In this document: positions 1 to 10,200 of the stretch, piece after piece | How positions within the stretch are numbered: the stretch's first letter is position 1 | Layout: each line of letters begins with the position of its first letter | From: an uncultured Clostridia bacterium | GTDB lineage: Bacteria > Bacillota > Clostridia > Christensenellales > UBA1242 | Assembly: GCA_944372335.1 (NCBI GenBank) | Contig: CALVYQ010000003.1 | Location: 1,410-65,409, forward strand | DNA: 64,000 bases | Direction of reading: 5' to 3' | The notes under the pieces: model-generated | What the model was told of the DNA's origin: nothing | Databases searched by the model: none | The model's input: only the letters and a program-made list of their open reading frames with translations | Program-made: the position numbers and the translations under genes

Positions 1-1203
1 GCAAAAATTGTTGCAGGAACTGCCGTTGTGGTTGGAGCAGTGAAATCTGGACTAGATAAATTTAGAAGAGATTTAAAGGAAATTTCTGAAGGTGCAGAAG
101 AAGAGTTTCATTTAACCAAAAGCAATCTTGAAGATAGAAACAATTTCAACTCTGTTTTTGACGAAGAGAACGGACTTGTGGTTAGAGAAGGCTCAAATGC
201 ACTAATCCCACTTTCTCCAGAAAGCACAAAACTCGTGCCGTTAGAACAGGACAAACAAACTAAAGCCAATGAAAATATGGAAGAAGATGAGTTTGTGTTC
301 TATCCTAATGGCGAATATCAGGAATCTGAAGAGAAAGAAGAGGGATTTGTTTTACACGAAATTCAAGAAGATACGCCTAAAAAATCTCATAAGAAAGCTC
401 CAAAAGCTAAAATGCCTCATGTTAGAACTAAATTTGTTGATGACCTTTACGAACAAGCCAAAGCTGATGACCTCTTATCTTATTGGGAATTTATTAAGTT
501 TCAAATGAATAGAGCAAAATATCATATATCTCTTGATAAATCATTTGATGTAGAGAATTTCACAAACACTATGGATAAAATAATTTACACCACAAAGAAC
601 TTTATCAACAAAAATGCAGATGAATTTGAAACTTTTGAAGAGTGTCTTGCATACATTCCTGTAAAGTATCCACAATTAAAGGAAGATGTTTTAGTCGCAT
701 TTGACGCATTAGATAAACTTAGTTCTGATTTAAAGATAGGAGAATCACCTTTAAGTCAAGCCGACAGAGAGAATATCGCAGAATTTTTAAAGACAATAAA
801 CGTTGAAAATATCAAATACGGCTTTGATTTAGACGATTTAGATGTTACCGCCATAAAAGAAGAACCTAAAGTGGAAGAGGATAAATCACTAGAAGATGTT
901 GGCATAACATTAGCTCCAGATGAGAATAATATACTTCTTGATGATTTATTAGCACCAACAGAAGAGCCAACTATCGAGCAGCTACCTTACATTGAAGATA
1001 TTAACAACAAGGATAATGAACCAAAGGTTGAACAACTGCCATATATTGAAGATATAAAAAGGCCTAAATCGCCTGAGTTGTTATTTTATATTGAAGTAGT
1101 GCAAAAAATTTGTGTTACAACAGTTTCTGTGGAAGAGCAAAGACAATTTGTGGCACTCGCAGACGAGCTTAGCAACAATACGCAAACTTACAAATACGCA
1201 TAA
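1..1203 (+). CDS. hypothetical acidic protein, 5'-truncated at window edge
   Basis: The frame of ORF 28..1203 stays open back to base 1 (AKIVAGTAV...). The protein is Asp/Glu-rich with an internal 18-aa duplication (EQLPYIEDI at 976-1002 and 1030-1056). A hairpin terminator follows. Confidence 0.6.
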   Translation, partial: AKIVAGTAVVVGAVKSGLDKFRRDLKEISEGAEEEFHLTKSNLEDRNNFNSVFDEENGLVVREGSNALIPLSPESTKLVPLEQDKQTKANENMEEDEFVFYPNGEYQESEEKEEGFVLHEIQEDTPKKSHKKAPKAKMPHVRTKFVDDLYEQAKADDLLSYWEFIKFQMNRAKYHISLDKSFDVENFTNTMDKIIYTTKNFINKNADEFETFEECLAYIPVKYPQLKEDVLVAFDALDKLSSDLKIGESPLSQADRENIAEFLKTINVENIKYGFDLDDLDVTAIKEEPKVEEDKSLEDVGITLAPDENNILLDDLLAPTEEPTIEQLPYIEDINNKDNEPKVEQLPYIEDIKRPKSPELLFYIEVVQKICVTTVSVEEQRQFVALADELSNNTQTYKYA

Positions 1204-1229
1204 CACCTACAATCTCACATAACAAAAAA

Positions 1230-1270
1230 ATTCTATCATCTTAACTAAAACTAGATGATAGAATTTTTTA
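1230..1270. terminator. bidirectional rho-independent terminator between convergent genes
   Basis: 12-bp stem attctatcatct / agatgatagaat, flanked by an A-run on the left and a T-run on the right. Confidence 0.75.
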
Positions 1271-1966
1271 TTATTCCTTATTTTTTTCTTCCTTTTGTGA
1301 GAAGTTTGCATATTTTGCCATAAAAGGAACATTAATTCCATATTTCATACTGAATTTTCTAGCGTAACTTTGGCAAGCTTTTTTTATTTCTTTGTCCATA
1401 CTGTTTAAAATTTCCTCTTGTGATTTTGAGCTTGTTTTATCCACCTGCCAAGATGCTTCATTGCAATATGGATATGGCAAGAAGGTGTAAGTGTTGTCTT
1501 TTTTAACAAGTAAATGCTGTCCATCTGTTGCTATTAAATCATAGGTCTCATTTTCTGGGAACATCTTTTTAAGTTTAAACTTTTTGCTTCTAAAATTTCC
1601 ATTAAAAAGGTCTCTAAATTCCTCTGATGGAGTGAGTTTTGCCTTGCACATAAGAGGTCTAGCTTTTTTTCTAAAATCTTCCACACAATAGAACTCTTTT
1701 AAAATTTCTTTTTTAGATAATGAAGTTTTGTATTCTCCCGCCTCGTTTTGAAATCTCTCTAGTTCAACAAAGAGCTGTCCATCGTTTTCACCATTTAAGC
1801 AAAGAAGATGAAAATAATTAGCCCTTGCACCCCTACAATTAGTATTAGCTATAAGAGGGTGAGCAAAAAGCACCTCATCACAATATTTCACATCATAAAC
1901 ATTATAACTTCCAAAATCATGTGGTTCTTGACGCCTCAACAGAAGATTAGTATAACTTTTGTCCAT
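1271..1966 (-). CDS. hypothetical protein (231 aa)
   Basis: Long ORF with no competing frame. I recognise no motif. Confidence 0.6.
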   Translation of the reverse strand: MDKSYTNLLLRRQEPHDFGSYNVYDVKYCDEVLFAHPLIANTNCRGARANYFHLLCLNGENDGQLFVELERFQNEAGEYKTSLSKKEILKEFYCVEDFRKKARPLMCKAKLTPSEEFRDLFNGNFRSKKFKLKKMFPENETYDLIATDGQHLLVKKDNTYTFLPYPYCNEASWQVDKTSSKSQEEILNSMDKEIKKACQSYARKFSMKYGINVPFMAKYANFSQKEEKNKE

Positions 1967-2133
1967 ATTTTTCCTCCAAACAACCTTCTTATTTTAGCAT
2001 TAAAATATTTCATTGTCAATATCAAATTTTAAAAAAATATTTCGACTTTTATCGACCAAAATTGTTTTTATTTTTTAATAATGAAAATTTATCTTATAAA
2101 ATTTTAATTAATAAATTAATAATCTAAAATAAT

Positions 2134-2165
2134 CGCTTTTATTAACAAAAAAACATATTAAAGAA
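2134..2165 (-). terminator. rho-independent terminator of rpmE
   Basis: On the minus strand: aaacatatta-ttctt-taatatgttt followed by ttttgtt. Confidence 0.7.
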
Positions 2166-2175
2166 TAATATGTTT

Positions 2176-2388
2176 TTAGTTTGATTGTCTATTATATTTT
2201 TTATTGAACTTTTCAACATTACCGCTGGCGTCAACCACTTTCTTCTTACCTGTGTAGAATGGGTGGCACTTGTTGCAGATATCGATTTTAAGAGTGTCGC
2301 CCTTTACGCAAGAGCCTGTTTTAAAGGTATTTCCACAAGCACAGGTTACGGTCACATCGTGATAATCTGGGTGTATCTTTTCTTTCAT
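2176..2388 (-). CDS. rpmE: 50S ribosomal protein L31 (Zn-binding C+ form)
   Basis: [28 protein letters not shown] is the characteristic L31 sequence with CxC...CxxC. Confidence 0.95.
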   Translation of the reverse strand: MKEKIHPDYHDVTVTCACGNTFKTGSCVKGDTLKIDICNKCHPFYTGKKKVVDASGNVEKFNKKYNRQSN

Positions 2389-2402
2389 CTTTTTCTCTCC
2401 TT

Positions 2403-2660
2403 TTAGTCACCAAGATATGGAAGAAGTGCCATGTTTCTTGCTCTTTTAATAGCGTTTGCAAGTTCTCTTTGATGATAAGAGCAAACTCCGGTTTGACGTC
2501 TTGGCAAAATCTTTCCCTTTTCTGTGACATATTTTCTAATTTTTGCAACATCTTTATAGTCAATTGTCTTTTCGCCAGCAACGCAGAAAGCACAGACTTT
2601 CTTTTTTGATGGCTTACGATATTTTTTCACAACCTTTTCTTCGGTTTTAACTTCGCTCAT
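2403..2660 (-). CDS. rpsR: 30S ribosomal protein S18
   Basis: [42 protein letters not shown] pattern. Confidence 0.95.
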   Translation of the reverse strand: MSEVKTEEKVVKKYRKPSKKKVCAFCVAGEKTIDYKDVAKIRKYVTEKGKILPRRQTGVCSYHQRELANAIKRARNMALLPYLGD

Positions 2661-2682
2661 CTTTTTCTCCTTTTAACAAATT

Positions 2683-3099
2683 TTAGAATGGCAAACTGTC
2701 ATCTTCAATCTCTTCAAGTTCAGCAGTTTGCTTTTGAGTTTTAGGCTCACTTGGCATAGGATTTTCACTATCTCCCGTTCTTGCACCAGACGTGATAAAT
2801 TCCACTTCATCTGCCACAATATCAGTTGTGTAGCGTTTTGCTCCCTCTGGCGTTTCGTAACTAGAAGTCTGTATTCTTCCAACCACTGCACACTTAGAGC
2901 CCTTCTTTAAAAACTTGGCACAGTTTTCTGCCTGATTTCTCCAAACAACAATATTAATAAAATCAGCTTCCCTTTCGCCGTCTGCATTGGCGTATCTTCT
3001 TGTTACTGCAAGAGAAAAACGACATACTGACACACCTCCATTTGTGGTGGTAAGTTCTGGGTCTCTTGTCAAGTTTCCTAATAGTATAACTTTATTCAT
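2683..3099 (-). CDS. ssb: single-stranded DNA-binding protein
   Basis: MNKVILLGNLTRDPEL OB-fold N-terminus and acidic C-terminal tip DDSLPF. It lies between rpsF and rpsR. Confidence 0.95.
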   Translation of the reverse strand: MNKVILLGNLTRDPELTTTNGGVSVCRFSLAVTRRYANADGEREADFINIVVWRNQAENCAKFLKKGSKCAVVGRIQTSSYETPEGAKRYTTDIVADEVEFITSGARTGDSENPMPSEPKTQKQTAELEEIEDDSLPF

Positions 3100-3108
3100 A
3101 TTTTTCTC

Positions 3109-3390
3109 CTATTTCTTTACAAACATTTGACGAACAATACCTTCGGTGATTGTCATAAGTCTATTCATCGCTTCAACTTCACTAGGTTCCATTGTCATGT
3201 TGAAAATAACATAGTAGCCTTCGTTTGAAAAGTCGATTGGATAAGCAAACTTCTTCATACCTATTTTCTCAACGCCTTCGATTGTTCCTTTGTGAGCTTC
3301 AACATAGGACTTAAACTTGTTAATTAGTTCTTCTCTCTTTTCTTCGCTCACTTTCGATGCGATGATAAACATAAGTTCATACTTATTCAT
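3109..3390 (-). CDS. rpsF: 30S ribosomal protein S6
   Basis: MNKYELMFI.. N-terminus, 93 aa, first gene of the rpsF-ssb-rpsR block. Confidence 0.93.
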   Translation of the reverse strand: MNKYELMFIIASKVSEEKREELINKFKSYVEAHKGTIEGVEKIGMKKFAYPIDFSNEGYYVIFNMTMEPSEVEAMNRLMTITEGIVRQMFVKK

Positions 3391-3416
3391 CTTTCTACCT
3401 CCTTTTGGACTAAATG

Positions 3417-3437
3417 GTTCTTGGCTCTCCCAAGAAC
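3417..3437 (-). promoter_or_regulatory. 5'-UTR hairpin upstream of rpsF (candidate S6:S18 autoregulatory leader)
   Basis: 8-bp stem gttcttgg/ccaagaac with a 5-nt loop, located between the predicted promoter and the GGAGG RBS. Confidence 0.3.
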
Positions 3438-3462
3438 AAGGACAGTATTTAACTGCTTAATT

Positions 3463-3491
3463 AATTTAACATAGAAAAATAAATTTGTCAA
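3463..3491 (-). promoter_or_regulatory. sigma-A type promoter of the rpsF operon
   Basis: Minus strand reads TTGACA-17 nt-TAAATT. Confidence 0.6.
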
Positions 3492-3601
3492 GAGAATTAA
3501 GGTAAAATAAATTTAATAAATATATAATTTTTCCTATAAATCGCTTCAAATTTTATAATTCCCATCAACTTTTAACAAAAAACTAACCAAATTTTGGCTA
3601 G

Positions 3602-4192
3602 TTATCTTTCTCTTTTTTGAGTCTTGTCTTCAAAAAGACGGGTATATCCAGCTTCTTCGTCATAGCGAACATCAACAGCCCATGGCGTTATCCACATTTC
3701 AAATTTTGGCGGAAGAGGAGAAAATACTGTGTTGTCATTTCTAATATTTTCTTTACGGCAAAATACTGCAAGGGTAAGCCTTGCCACGCCCTCTTCATCA
3801 GTGAATAGATAGACACATTTATCCTTGTCTTTATGCATCTCTTCGGCAATAAAATCAGAAAAATCTTTCTCTACTTCCTCTCTTCTTTCCGGCTTTACAT
3901 ATTCACATAATTCATTTATCATATCCATCTTTTGCATTAAGAAATTTCTTTGTTGGAATAAATGTTCAACATAAGAATTGGCCATCTCTAACAGGTTTTG
4001 ACCTAGTTTTTGCAATTCGGCGTCTTGAGCAACATCATGCTTTTCTAATTCCTTTTCAACCCCTTCTGCCTCACTGATAAAGTATTTGATTTTCTCCTCT
4101 AAATCCTCTATATCTTGAGCAATTCTTTCTTTGTCAGTCTTTCCAACAAGGATATCTAACCACCATTTGACTGCAAAATTTATCGTTTTCAT
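3602..4192 (-). CDS. hypothetical protein (196 aa)
   Basis: Clean ORF with a predicted helical, acidic N-terminal half. No motif recognised. Confidence 0.6.
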   Translation of the reverse strand: MKTINFAVKWWLDILVGKTDKERIAQDIEDLEEKIKYFISEAEGVEKELEKHDVAQDAELQKLGQNLLEMANSYVEHLFQQRNFLMQKMDMINELCEYVKPERREEVEKDFSDFIAEEMHKDKDKCVYLFTDEEGVARLTLAVFCRKENIRNDNTVFSPLPPKFEMWITPWAVDVRYDEEAGYTRLFEDKTQKRER

Positions 4193-4257
4193 AGTTTTCT
4201 CCTAGCCTAATTTTATAATAATTTTATCTAACTGTCAATACCTAATTTTGGCTATCT

Positions 4258-4297
4258 TTCATAAAAAACAAAAAACTAAGCAAAAAAGCTTAGTTTT
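4258..4297 (-). terminator. rho-independent terminator of secA (stem includes the stop codon)
   Basis: Minus strand: aaaactaagc-tttttt-gcttagtttt followed by ttgtttttt. Confidence 0.7.
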
Positions 4298-7004
4298 GTT
4301 CTCTGCCGTGGCAGTTTTTGTATTTCTTTCCGCTTCCACAAGGACAAGGGTCATTTCTGCCAATTTTCTTTTCGGTATTTACAACAGTCTTTTGAATTTT
4401 TCTCTCCTGAGGCCTATCGTCTTTTTTAGGGTCGTAAGTTTTTGCTTCTGTGTTTTTTAAATTGGTGCTTGGTGCTGGTTCTCTACGCCTAATCTCGACG
4501 TTTGTGTTTAAAAGCAATAGACAAGTCTGTTCACGAATTCTATCCACCATCTTATCGAACATCTCATAGCCGTCTTTTTTATAGGCAAGCACAGGATCTT
4601 GATTACCAAAGCCACGTGCAAAAATCTCGTTTTTCATAATCTGCATATCATCAATATGATTTGTCCAATTTGTATCAACAACTCTTAAAAGAATGAACTT
4701 TTCGATTTCGTCAAAGTTTGCTCCAATTTTTTTAACCTCTTCAATCTTTTTCAAATATCTATCTTTGACCATTTCAAGAAGCTTCTCATTAAAATCCTCA
4801 ATATCAAAGCCCTCGCAAAGCTCTTCGGTTATGGCATTTTTACCTCTCTCTAAAAGCCCGTTCTCCACTTCCTTGTTGATTTTGGCATAATCCCAATCAA
4901 AGTACGGCTTATCTGCATCGACGCAACGATTTACAACAGTGGAAACAAGATGAGGAAGCATATTCATTATCTCTTCATGCACACTTTCGCCGTCTAAAAC
5001 TCTATTTCTTTGGTCATAGATAATCTCTCTCTGAGCATTTAAAACATCATCAAATTGTAGCACAGTTTTACGAATGGCAAAGTTTTGCATTTCAATCTTT
5101 TTCTGGGCATTTTCTATCTGCTTCGACATTATTTTAAGCTGAATAGGCGTGTCCTCTTCTAGGCGGAAGAAAGAAGCAAGTTTTTTAAATTTATCGCCCG
5201 CAAAACGCCTTATCAAATCATCTTCAAAAGAGATGAAAAACACACTAGAACCCGGGTCACCTTGACGGGAAGCACGTCCACGAAGCTGATTGTCAATACG
5301 TCTAGATTCGTGACGCTCAGTGCCAATGATATGAAGTCCGCCTAACGATTTGACCTCTTCTTTTTCTGCATCTGTCACTTTCTTAAATTCTTCATATAAC
5401 TCTTGATATCGTTTTCTTGCCCTTTCAAGTTCCTTATCATCAACAGAGTTAAAAGCTGTAGCGTAAGAAATTTGCTCTTCAGTGAAATTTTCATCTTTCA
5501 TCTTCTTTTTAGCAATGAATTCTGGGTTGCCTCCAAGAAGAATATCCGTTCCACGTCCCGCCATATTTGTGGCAATAGTAACCGCACCTTTTCTTCCTGC
5601 CTGAGCGACAATTTGGCTTTCCATTTCATGATTTTTAGCGTTCAAAACTGTATGCTTAATCTTAGCTTCTTTTAATGCTTTTGAAATAAGCTCACTCTTT
5701 TCAATGGTGATTGTGCCGATAAGGATAGGTTGTCCCACTTCATGACGGCGTTTAATCTCCTCCACAATAGCCTTAATTTTCCCTCTTTCAGTGGAAAAGA
5801 TGATGTCTGGCTCGTCTTTACGTATGTTTGGTAAATTTGGCGGAATGGTGACAACGTCAAGCTTATAGATTGCTCTAAATTCACCCTCTTCTGTCTTTGC
5901 AGTTCCTGTCATACCGGATAATTTGTTATATAATCGGAAGTAATTTTGGAAAGTGATTGTGGCAAGAGTTTTGTTCTCATCTTTAATATCCACACCCTCT
6001 TTTGCTTCAATTGCTTGATGCAAGCCGTCATTATAACGCCTGCCCGGCATAAGACGTCCGGTAAACTCATCGACAATAACAACTTCGCCGTCTTTCACGA
6101 TGTAATTTTCATCTCTAAACATGATGAAATTAGCTTTCAAAGCGTTGTTTATGTGGTGGTTGAGTTCAAGATTGTCAACATCGGAAAGATTGTCAAGTTT
6201 AAAATAGCGTTCTGCCTTTTCTATACCTGTTTCTGTAAGGTTAATTGCCTTTGTTTTTTCATCTTTTTCATAGTCCTCAGGCCTTAAAGTTTTAACAAAT
6301 TTTTGTGCTGAAATATATTGTTCGCTTGATTTCATTCCACGGCCTGAGATGATAAGTGGCGTTCTTGCTTCATCAATCAAGATAGAATCGACCTCATCGA
6401 CAATAGCAAAACTGTGTCCACGTTGCACACGCTGAGCCTTATTGACTGCCATATTGTCACGTAGATAGTCAAAGCCAAGTTCGTTGTTGGTGCAGTAGGT
6501 TATGTCGCAAGCATAGGCCTTTCGCTTGTCCGCTTCCTGCATACCAGACACCGCAATGCCGACCGTAAGCCCTAAAAAGCGATAGACCTTACCCATCCAT
6601 TCAGCATCACGCTTTGCAAGGTATTCGTTGACAGTAACAACGTGCACCCCTTCGCCTGTGAGAGCGTTTAAATAGGCTGGAAGAGTTGCCACAAGTGTCT
6701 TACCTTCACCGGTTGCCATCTCGGCAATACGCCCCTGATGAAGTGCGATACCACCCAAAATTTGCACATAGAAATGACGCATCTTCAAAACCCTATCTGA
6801 AGCCTCACGCATCACCGCATATGCTTCAGGAAGAAGGCTCATTAAACTTTCTCCGTTTTTATAGCGTTCCTTAAATTCTACCGTGCAGTTTCTTAGCTCA
6901 TCATCAGAAAATGTGCGATATTTGTCCTCAAGAGCCACAACCTTATCAGCAATCTTTTTTAATTTTTTTATCTGTGATTTATTCTCACTACCAAAAAGTC
7001 CCAT
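4290..7004 (-). CDS. secA: preprotein translocase ATPase SecA
   Basis: Motifs MATGEGKTL, IVDEVDSILIDEARTPLIISG and TNMAGRGTDI, plus the C-terminal zinc motif CPCGSGKKYKNCHG. Start chosen at MGLFG (ATG 7004, GGGAGA RBS) rather than the ORF-track start at 7046. Confidence 0.95.
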   Translation of the reverse strand: MGLFGSENKSQIKKLKKIADKVVALEDKYRTFSDDELRNCTVEFKERYKNGESLMSLLPEAYAVMREASDRVLKMRHFYVQILGGIALHQGRIAEMATGEGKTLVATLPAYLNALTGEGVHVVTVNEYLAKRDAEWMGKVYRFLGLTVGIAVSGMQEADKRKAYACDITYCTNNELGFDYLRDNMAVNKAQRVQRGHSFAIVDEVDSILIDEARTPLIISGRGMKSSEQYISAQKFVKTLRPEDYEKDEKTKAINLTETGIEKAERYFKLDNLSDVDNLELNHHINNALKANFIMFRDENYIVKDGEVVIVDEFTGRLMPGRRYNDGLHQAIEAKEGVDIKDENKTLATITFQNYFRLYNKLSGMTGTAKTEEGEFRAIYKLDVVTIPPNLPNIRKDEPDIIFSTERGKIKAIVEEIKRRHEVGQPILIGTITIEKSELISKALKEAKIKHTVLNAKNHEMESQIVAQAGRKGAVTIATNMAGRGTDILLGGNPEFIAKKKMKDENFTEEQISYATAFNSVDDKELERARKRYQELYEEFKKVTDAEKEEVKSLGGLHIIGTERHESRRIDNQLRGRASRQGDPGSSVFFISFEDDLIRRFAGDKFKKLASFFRLEEDTPIQLKIMSKQIENAQKKIEMQNFAIRKTVLQFDDVLNAQREIIYDQRNRVLDGESVHEEIMNMLPHLVSTVVNRCVDADKPYFDWDYAKINKEVENGLLERGKNAITEELCEGFDIEDFNEKLLEMVKDRYLKKIEEVKKIGANFDEIEKFILLRVVDTNWTNHIDDMQIMKNEIFARGFGNQDPVLAYKKDGYEMFDKMVDRIREQTCLLLLNTNVEIRRREPAPSTNLKNTEAKTYDPKKDDRPQERKIQKTVVNTEKKIGRNDPCPCGSGKKYKNCHGREQN

Positions 7005-7220
7005 ATTTTCTCCCAAAATTCCACTCATTTTTAAATTTGCAAACATTTAAGCACAAAGATACTTTATCGTCTATAAGCATACAAATGGTGGATATCTCTA
7101 AAAAATCATATCCATTTTAGCAAAAAAAAGAAAAAAACACAACAGTTTTGTTTTAATTTTTTCCTTTTTAATCTTCTTTATAATAAAAATTCAGATATTA
7201 ATATATTTTTTAGCCAAAAA

Positions 7221-7249
7221 TTGACAAATACTACAATATATGTTACAAT
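7221..7249 (+). promoter_or_regulatory. sigma-A type promoter
   Basis: TTGACA-17 nt-TACAAT, 27 nt upstream of the ATG at 7276. Confidence 0.6.
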
Positions 7250-7275
7250 TATTTAAATTGAATTTGGAGGGTAAT

Positions 7276-10200
7276 ATGCCAGAAGATGTTAAAAATCCAG
7301 AAAACACATCAGGAGCGAATAATACACCAGAAGAAGCAGTTAAAGCAGAAACCGATGCGTCTATCAATAATGAAGCTGCTAACAAGATTATAGAAAATAT
7401 GATTAGGCGAACAAGAACAAACACGGCTGAACAAGAACAGCCAACAAATGAAAATGCTGATACATTAAATCAAGGAAAAACCGAAATTGAAAAGCCTACT
7501 AATGACGCCGTAGCCGAGGAAAATAGTAGAGAGGAAGCAGAAACGCCTGAGGCACAGGAAAATAAGAATTATTCCAATTTAGACCTTCAAAGAGGTAAAA
7601 GTGAGATTAGTTCTGTTCAGGATAATAGTGGCTTCTATACCACCCAATATGTAGCATTAAAAAACAGCAATACCAACTTAGAGGCACAAGCGTTGACTGT
7701 CGCAAAATACACTGCAAATAACCATGATGAAAAACAGCCTCTCATCACTATAAAAAAGGGTAAAGAAGTTGTTGCAAGTTTTTATAATGTGCGTGGCGAA
7801 GGTGAGCAAATCTTTATGGATATATCTGACCCAACCTTAAAAGAGCGTTTTTCTGAAAGCAAGTTATCCTCAAATGAAGTAGCCATCACAGGGCTTGAGC
7901 TTGACAAAAAGTTAGATATCAGAGTTAAAGGAGTTGGAGATGATTTAGGTGTTCTTTTCTCAGCATTCGGCTTTCAAATGCAGACGCCTGAAAATAATCA
8001 AATATTAAAAAACGAAAATTCTCCTTACGATGTTGAGGTTAGCGAGGGATTTTTGGATAAGGCTCTTAAAAATCAATTTACTAACAACAAAGACAGTGGC
8101 TGTCTTTTGGGTGAAAATATGTCGCTATCCGCTCCGACCTTACAGGGAATGCTTAGAGCCTCAACATTTAATGAGAATATGGACTTTACTAAGGCTGAAA
8201 AAGATTTTGCAGATGGTAAAGTAAAAATTACCTCCATAAACTATGACACAACAATCCAAGATAAAACTGTTAAGCGTCCTATTCAGTTTATCGAAGCAGA
8301 CGGTAAAGTTTCCGCATACCTTTCAATCGTTGACGGTAAAACAAAAAGAGAAAAGAACGGACGGTTCTATGAGATATCCAAAGTGAGAGTAACCAAGGAC
8401 AATAGAGTTATCTTAGATATAACTGACGACAGTTTAATCTCCGTTGACGGAAATCCACCTCACACAAGAACGATTGAATTGCCTCATAACAATGATAACG
8501 CTCTTGTTGGATACATAAAGAACAACATTCTCGCTAAAGATGAATATGCAAGCATAGTCGATAGATCAGAAGAGCCTCTTGAAACTGATGCCACACTTTC
8601 AGACCGAGAGTTAGGTTACGGCGAAAAAGAGAGCAGAATCGGCGAAAAAGGGCAAATTTATGATAGTGGTGGCTTTGTGAGAAAAGATGTTCCTGAAGAT
8701 TTTAGAAATGCTAAAGAAGCTGAGGCTAGTCAAGAAGATAAAAATATTGAATTTATTAGACAAGAAGAAACTAAGCTTGCCGATGTAGCATCACCTCCTC
8801 CTACAAAAAACAATGAAGAAAATGTTCAGGAAGCGGAAGGAGAGCGTGTTAACTATAATTTCTCTAACCTTACTGCCAATCCAGAGCAGGAAGTTGTAAA
8901 TGAAACTCCAAATGATGGTGAGATTCCACCTACACCTGAACCACAAGATGAAGCTGACAATGATACTGACGATTCTGACGCTCCAAACGATGACGCTGAA
9001 AGAGATAGAGAGCCAGAAGTAGAAGAACCGGAGCCGGAAGTAGAAGAACCTACTCCAACTCCTGAAAGAGAAGGTAGAGACGGAGAGGAGAGCCCAGAAC
9101 CTAGACCGCCATTTGAAGAAAATGAAGTTGAAGAACCACTACCACCTCAACCTCAGCCTCAACCTAAAAAGAAAGGCGGAGGAGACTTGGCTTTCCATAA
9201 AAATCAAGATATAGACGAAAACAAATCAAATGAATTGGCGGCGAAGATAGGTTCTGCTTGGCTCGGTATTGCTGCTATACTTTTAGCTTTCAGCGTGTTT
9301 ATGCCATTTCTAGCTATTTTCTCAACAGCGTGCTTTGCAACAAGTGCTATTGTATATACAAAACCTTGGGAATTTGTTCAACTTGCAAAATCAAAGGCGA
9401 TAGATAGAGCAAACGCTAAGGCTGCAAAACAAAGATTAAAAGAGATGGAAAAAGAGCGTAAGGCTGAAAAGAAGCTTGCGAAAGACCGAGCAAAAAGAGC
9501 TGAAAGAACGGAAAGAGGAGAAGCAAGAAGAGCGGATATAGCAGAAAGAAGAAGCAAAAATCAAAGAAATATTGAAAGATTAAGCGAAGAAAACGCTGGA
9601 ATTGACGCAAGAATTGCCATGTTAGAAAGGTATAAAGGAGAACTTCAAACACAAAACGGCCTTCTTCTAACTCACGGCAGACAAGAAGGGGATTTTGTAA
9701 ACTTCAATCTAAACGAAGCGGATATGACTGAAGAAGAAAAAGAACAATACATAGCTCTTTTAGAAGGAATAAATTTAGAAGAGATGCAACGCCGTGAAGA
9801 TTTTAAAATTCCTCCAGCAGAGCGTGCAGAGCGACATAGAGAAGCTCTTTATGAAACCGTGGAAGGCTTGCAGAAAAATAATCAAGAACAAGAAGAAACT
9901 AAAGCAAAAATAAATGAATTAACCGAGCAACTTTCAAATGAAGGAAACAATATAATAGAATTAGGAAGAAGTCCTCTTGTTAGAGATTATGTAAGCTTGA
10001 CAAAAGATATGGAAAATATCGAAAGAGAAATTCTAAGTCTTAGAATGCAAAAAGACCTAGCAGAATCCGAAGAAGAAAAAGAGATTATTCAAGCACAAAT
10101 AACAAGCAAGTCTAGCGAAAGTGATAAAAAGACTAAAGAACTTAACGAGTTAAGAAAAAGCGAACAAGTAGTAAAATACTTAGAAAGAGCCGATAAAGTA

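Noticed and set aside
2321-2593. 90-aa and other short ORFs overlapping rpmE, rpsR and ssb in other frames.
   Set aside because: They are out-of-frame overlaps with highly conserved ribosomal protein and ssb genes.
3688-3696. Perfect DnaA box TTATCCACA inside the 196-aa hypothetical CDS.
   Set aside because: It is a single isolated 9-mer within coding sequence, and roughly one such hit is expected by chance in 64 kb. There is no neighbouring box or AT-rich tract.
7047-7275. The divergent secA / 1204-aa gene gap as the replication origin.
   Set aside because: The best matches to the DnaA box there carry at least 2 mismatches (e.g. ggtggatat). The gap is only about 230 bp and is largely explained by a promoter. 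It is kept only as part of the polarity observation.
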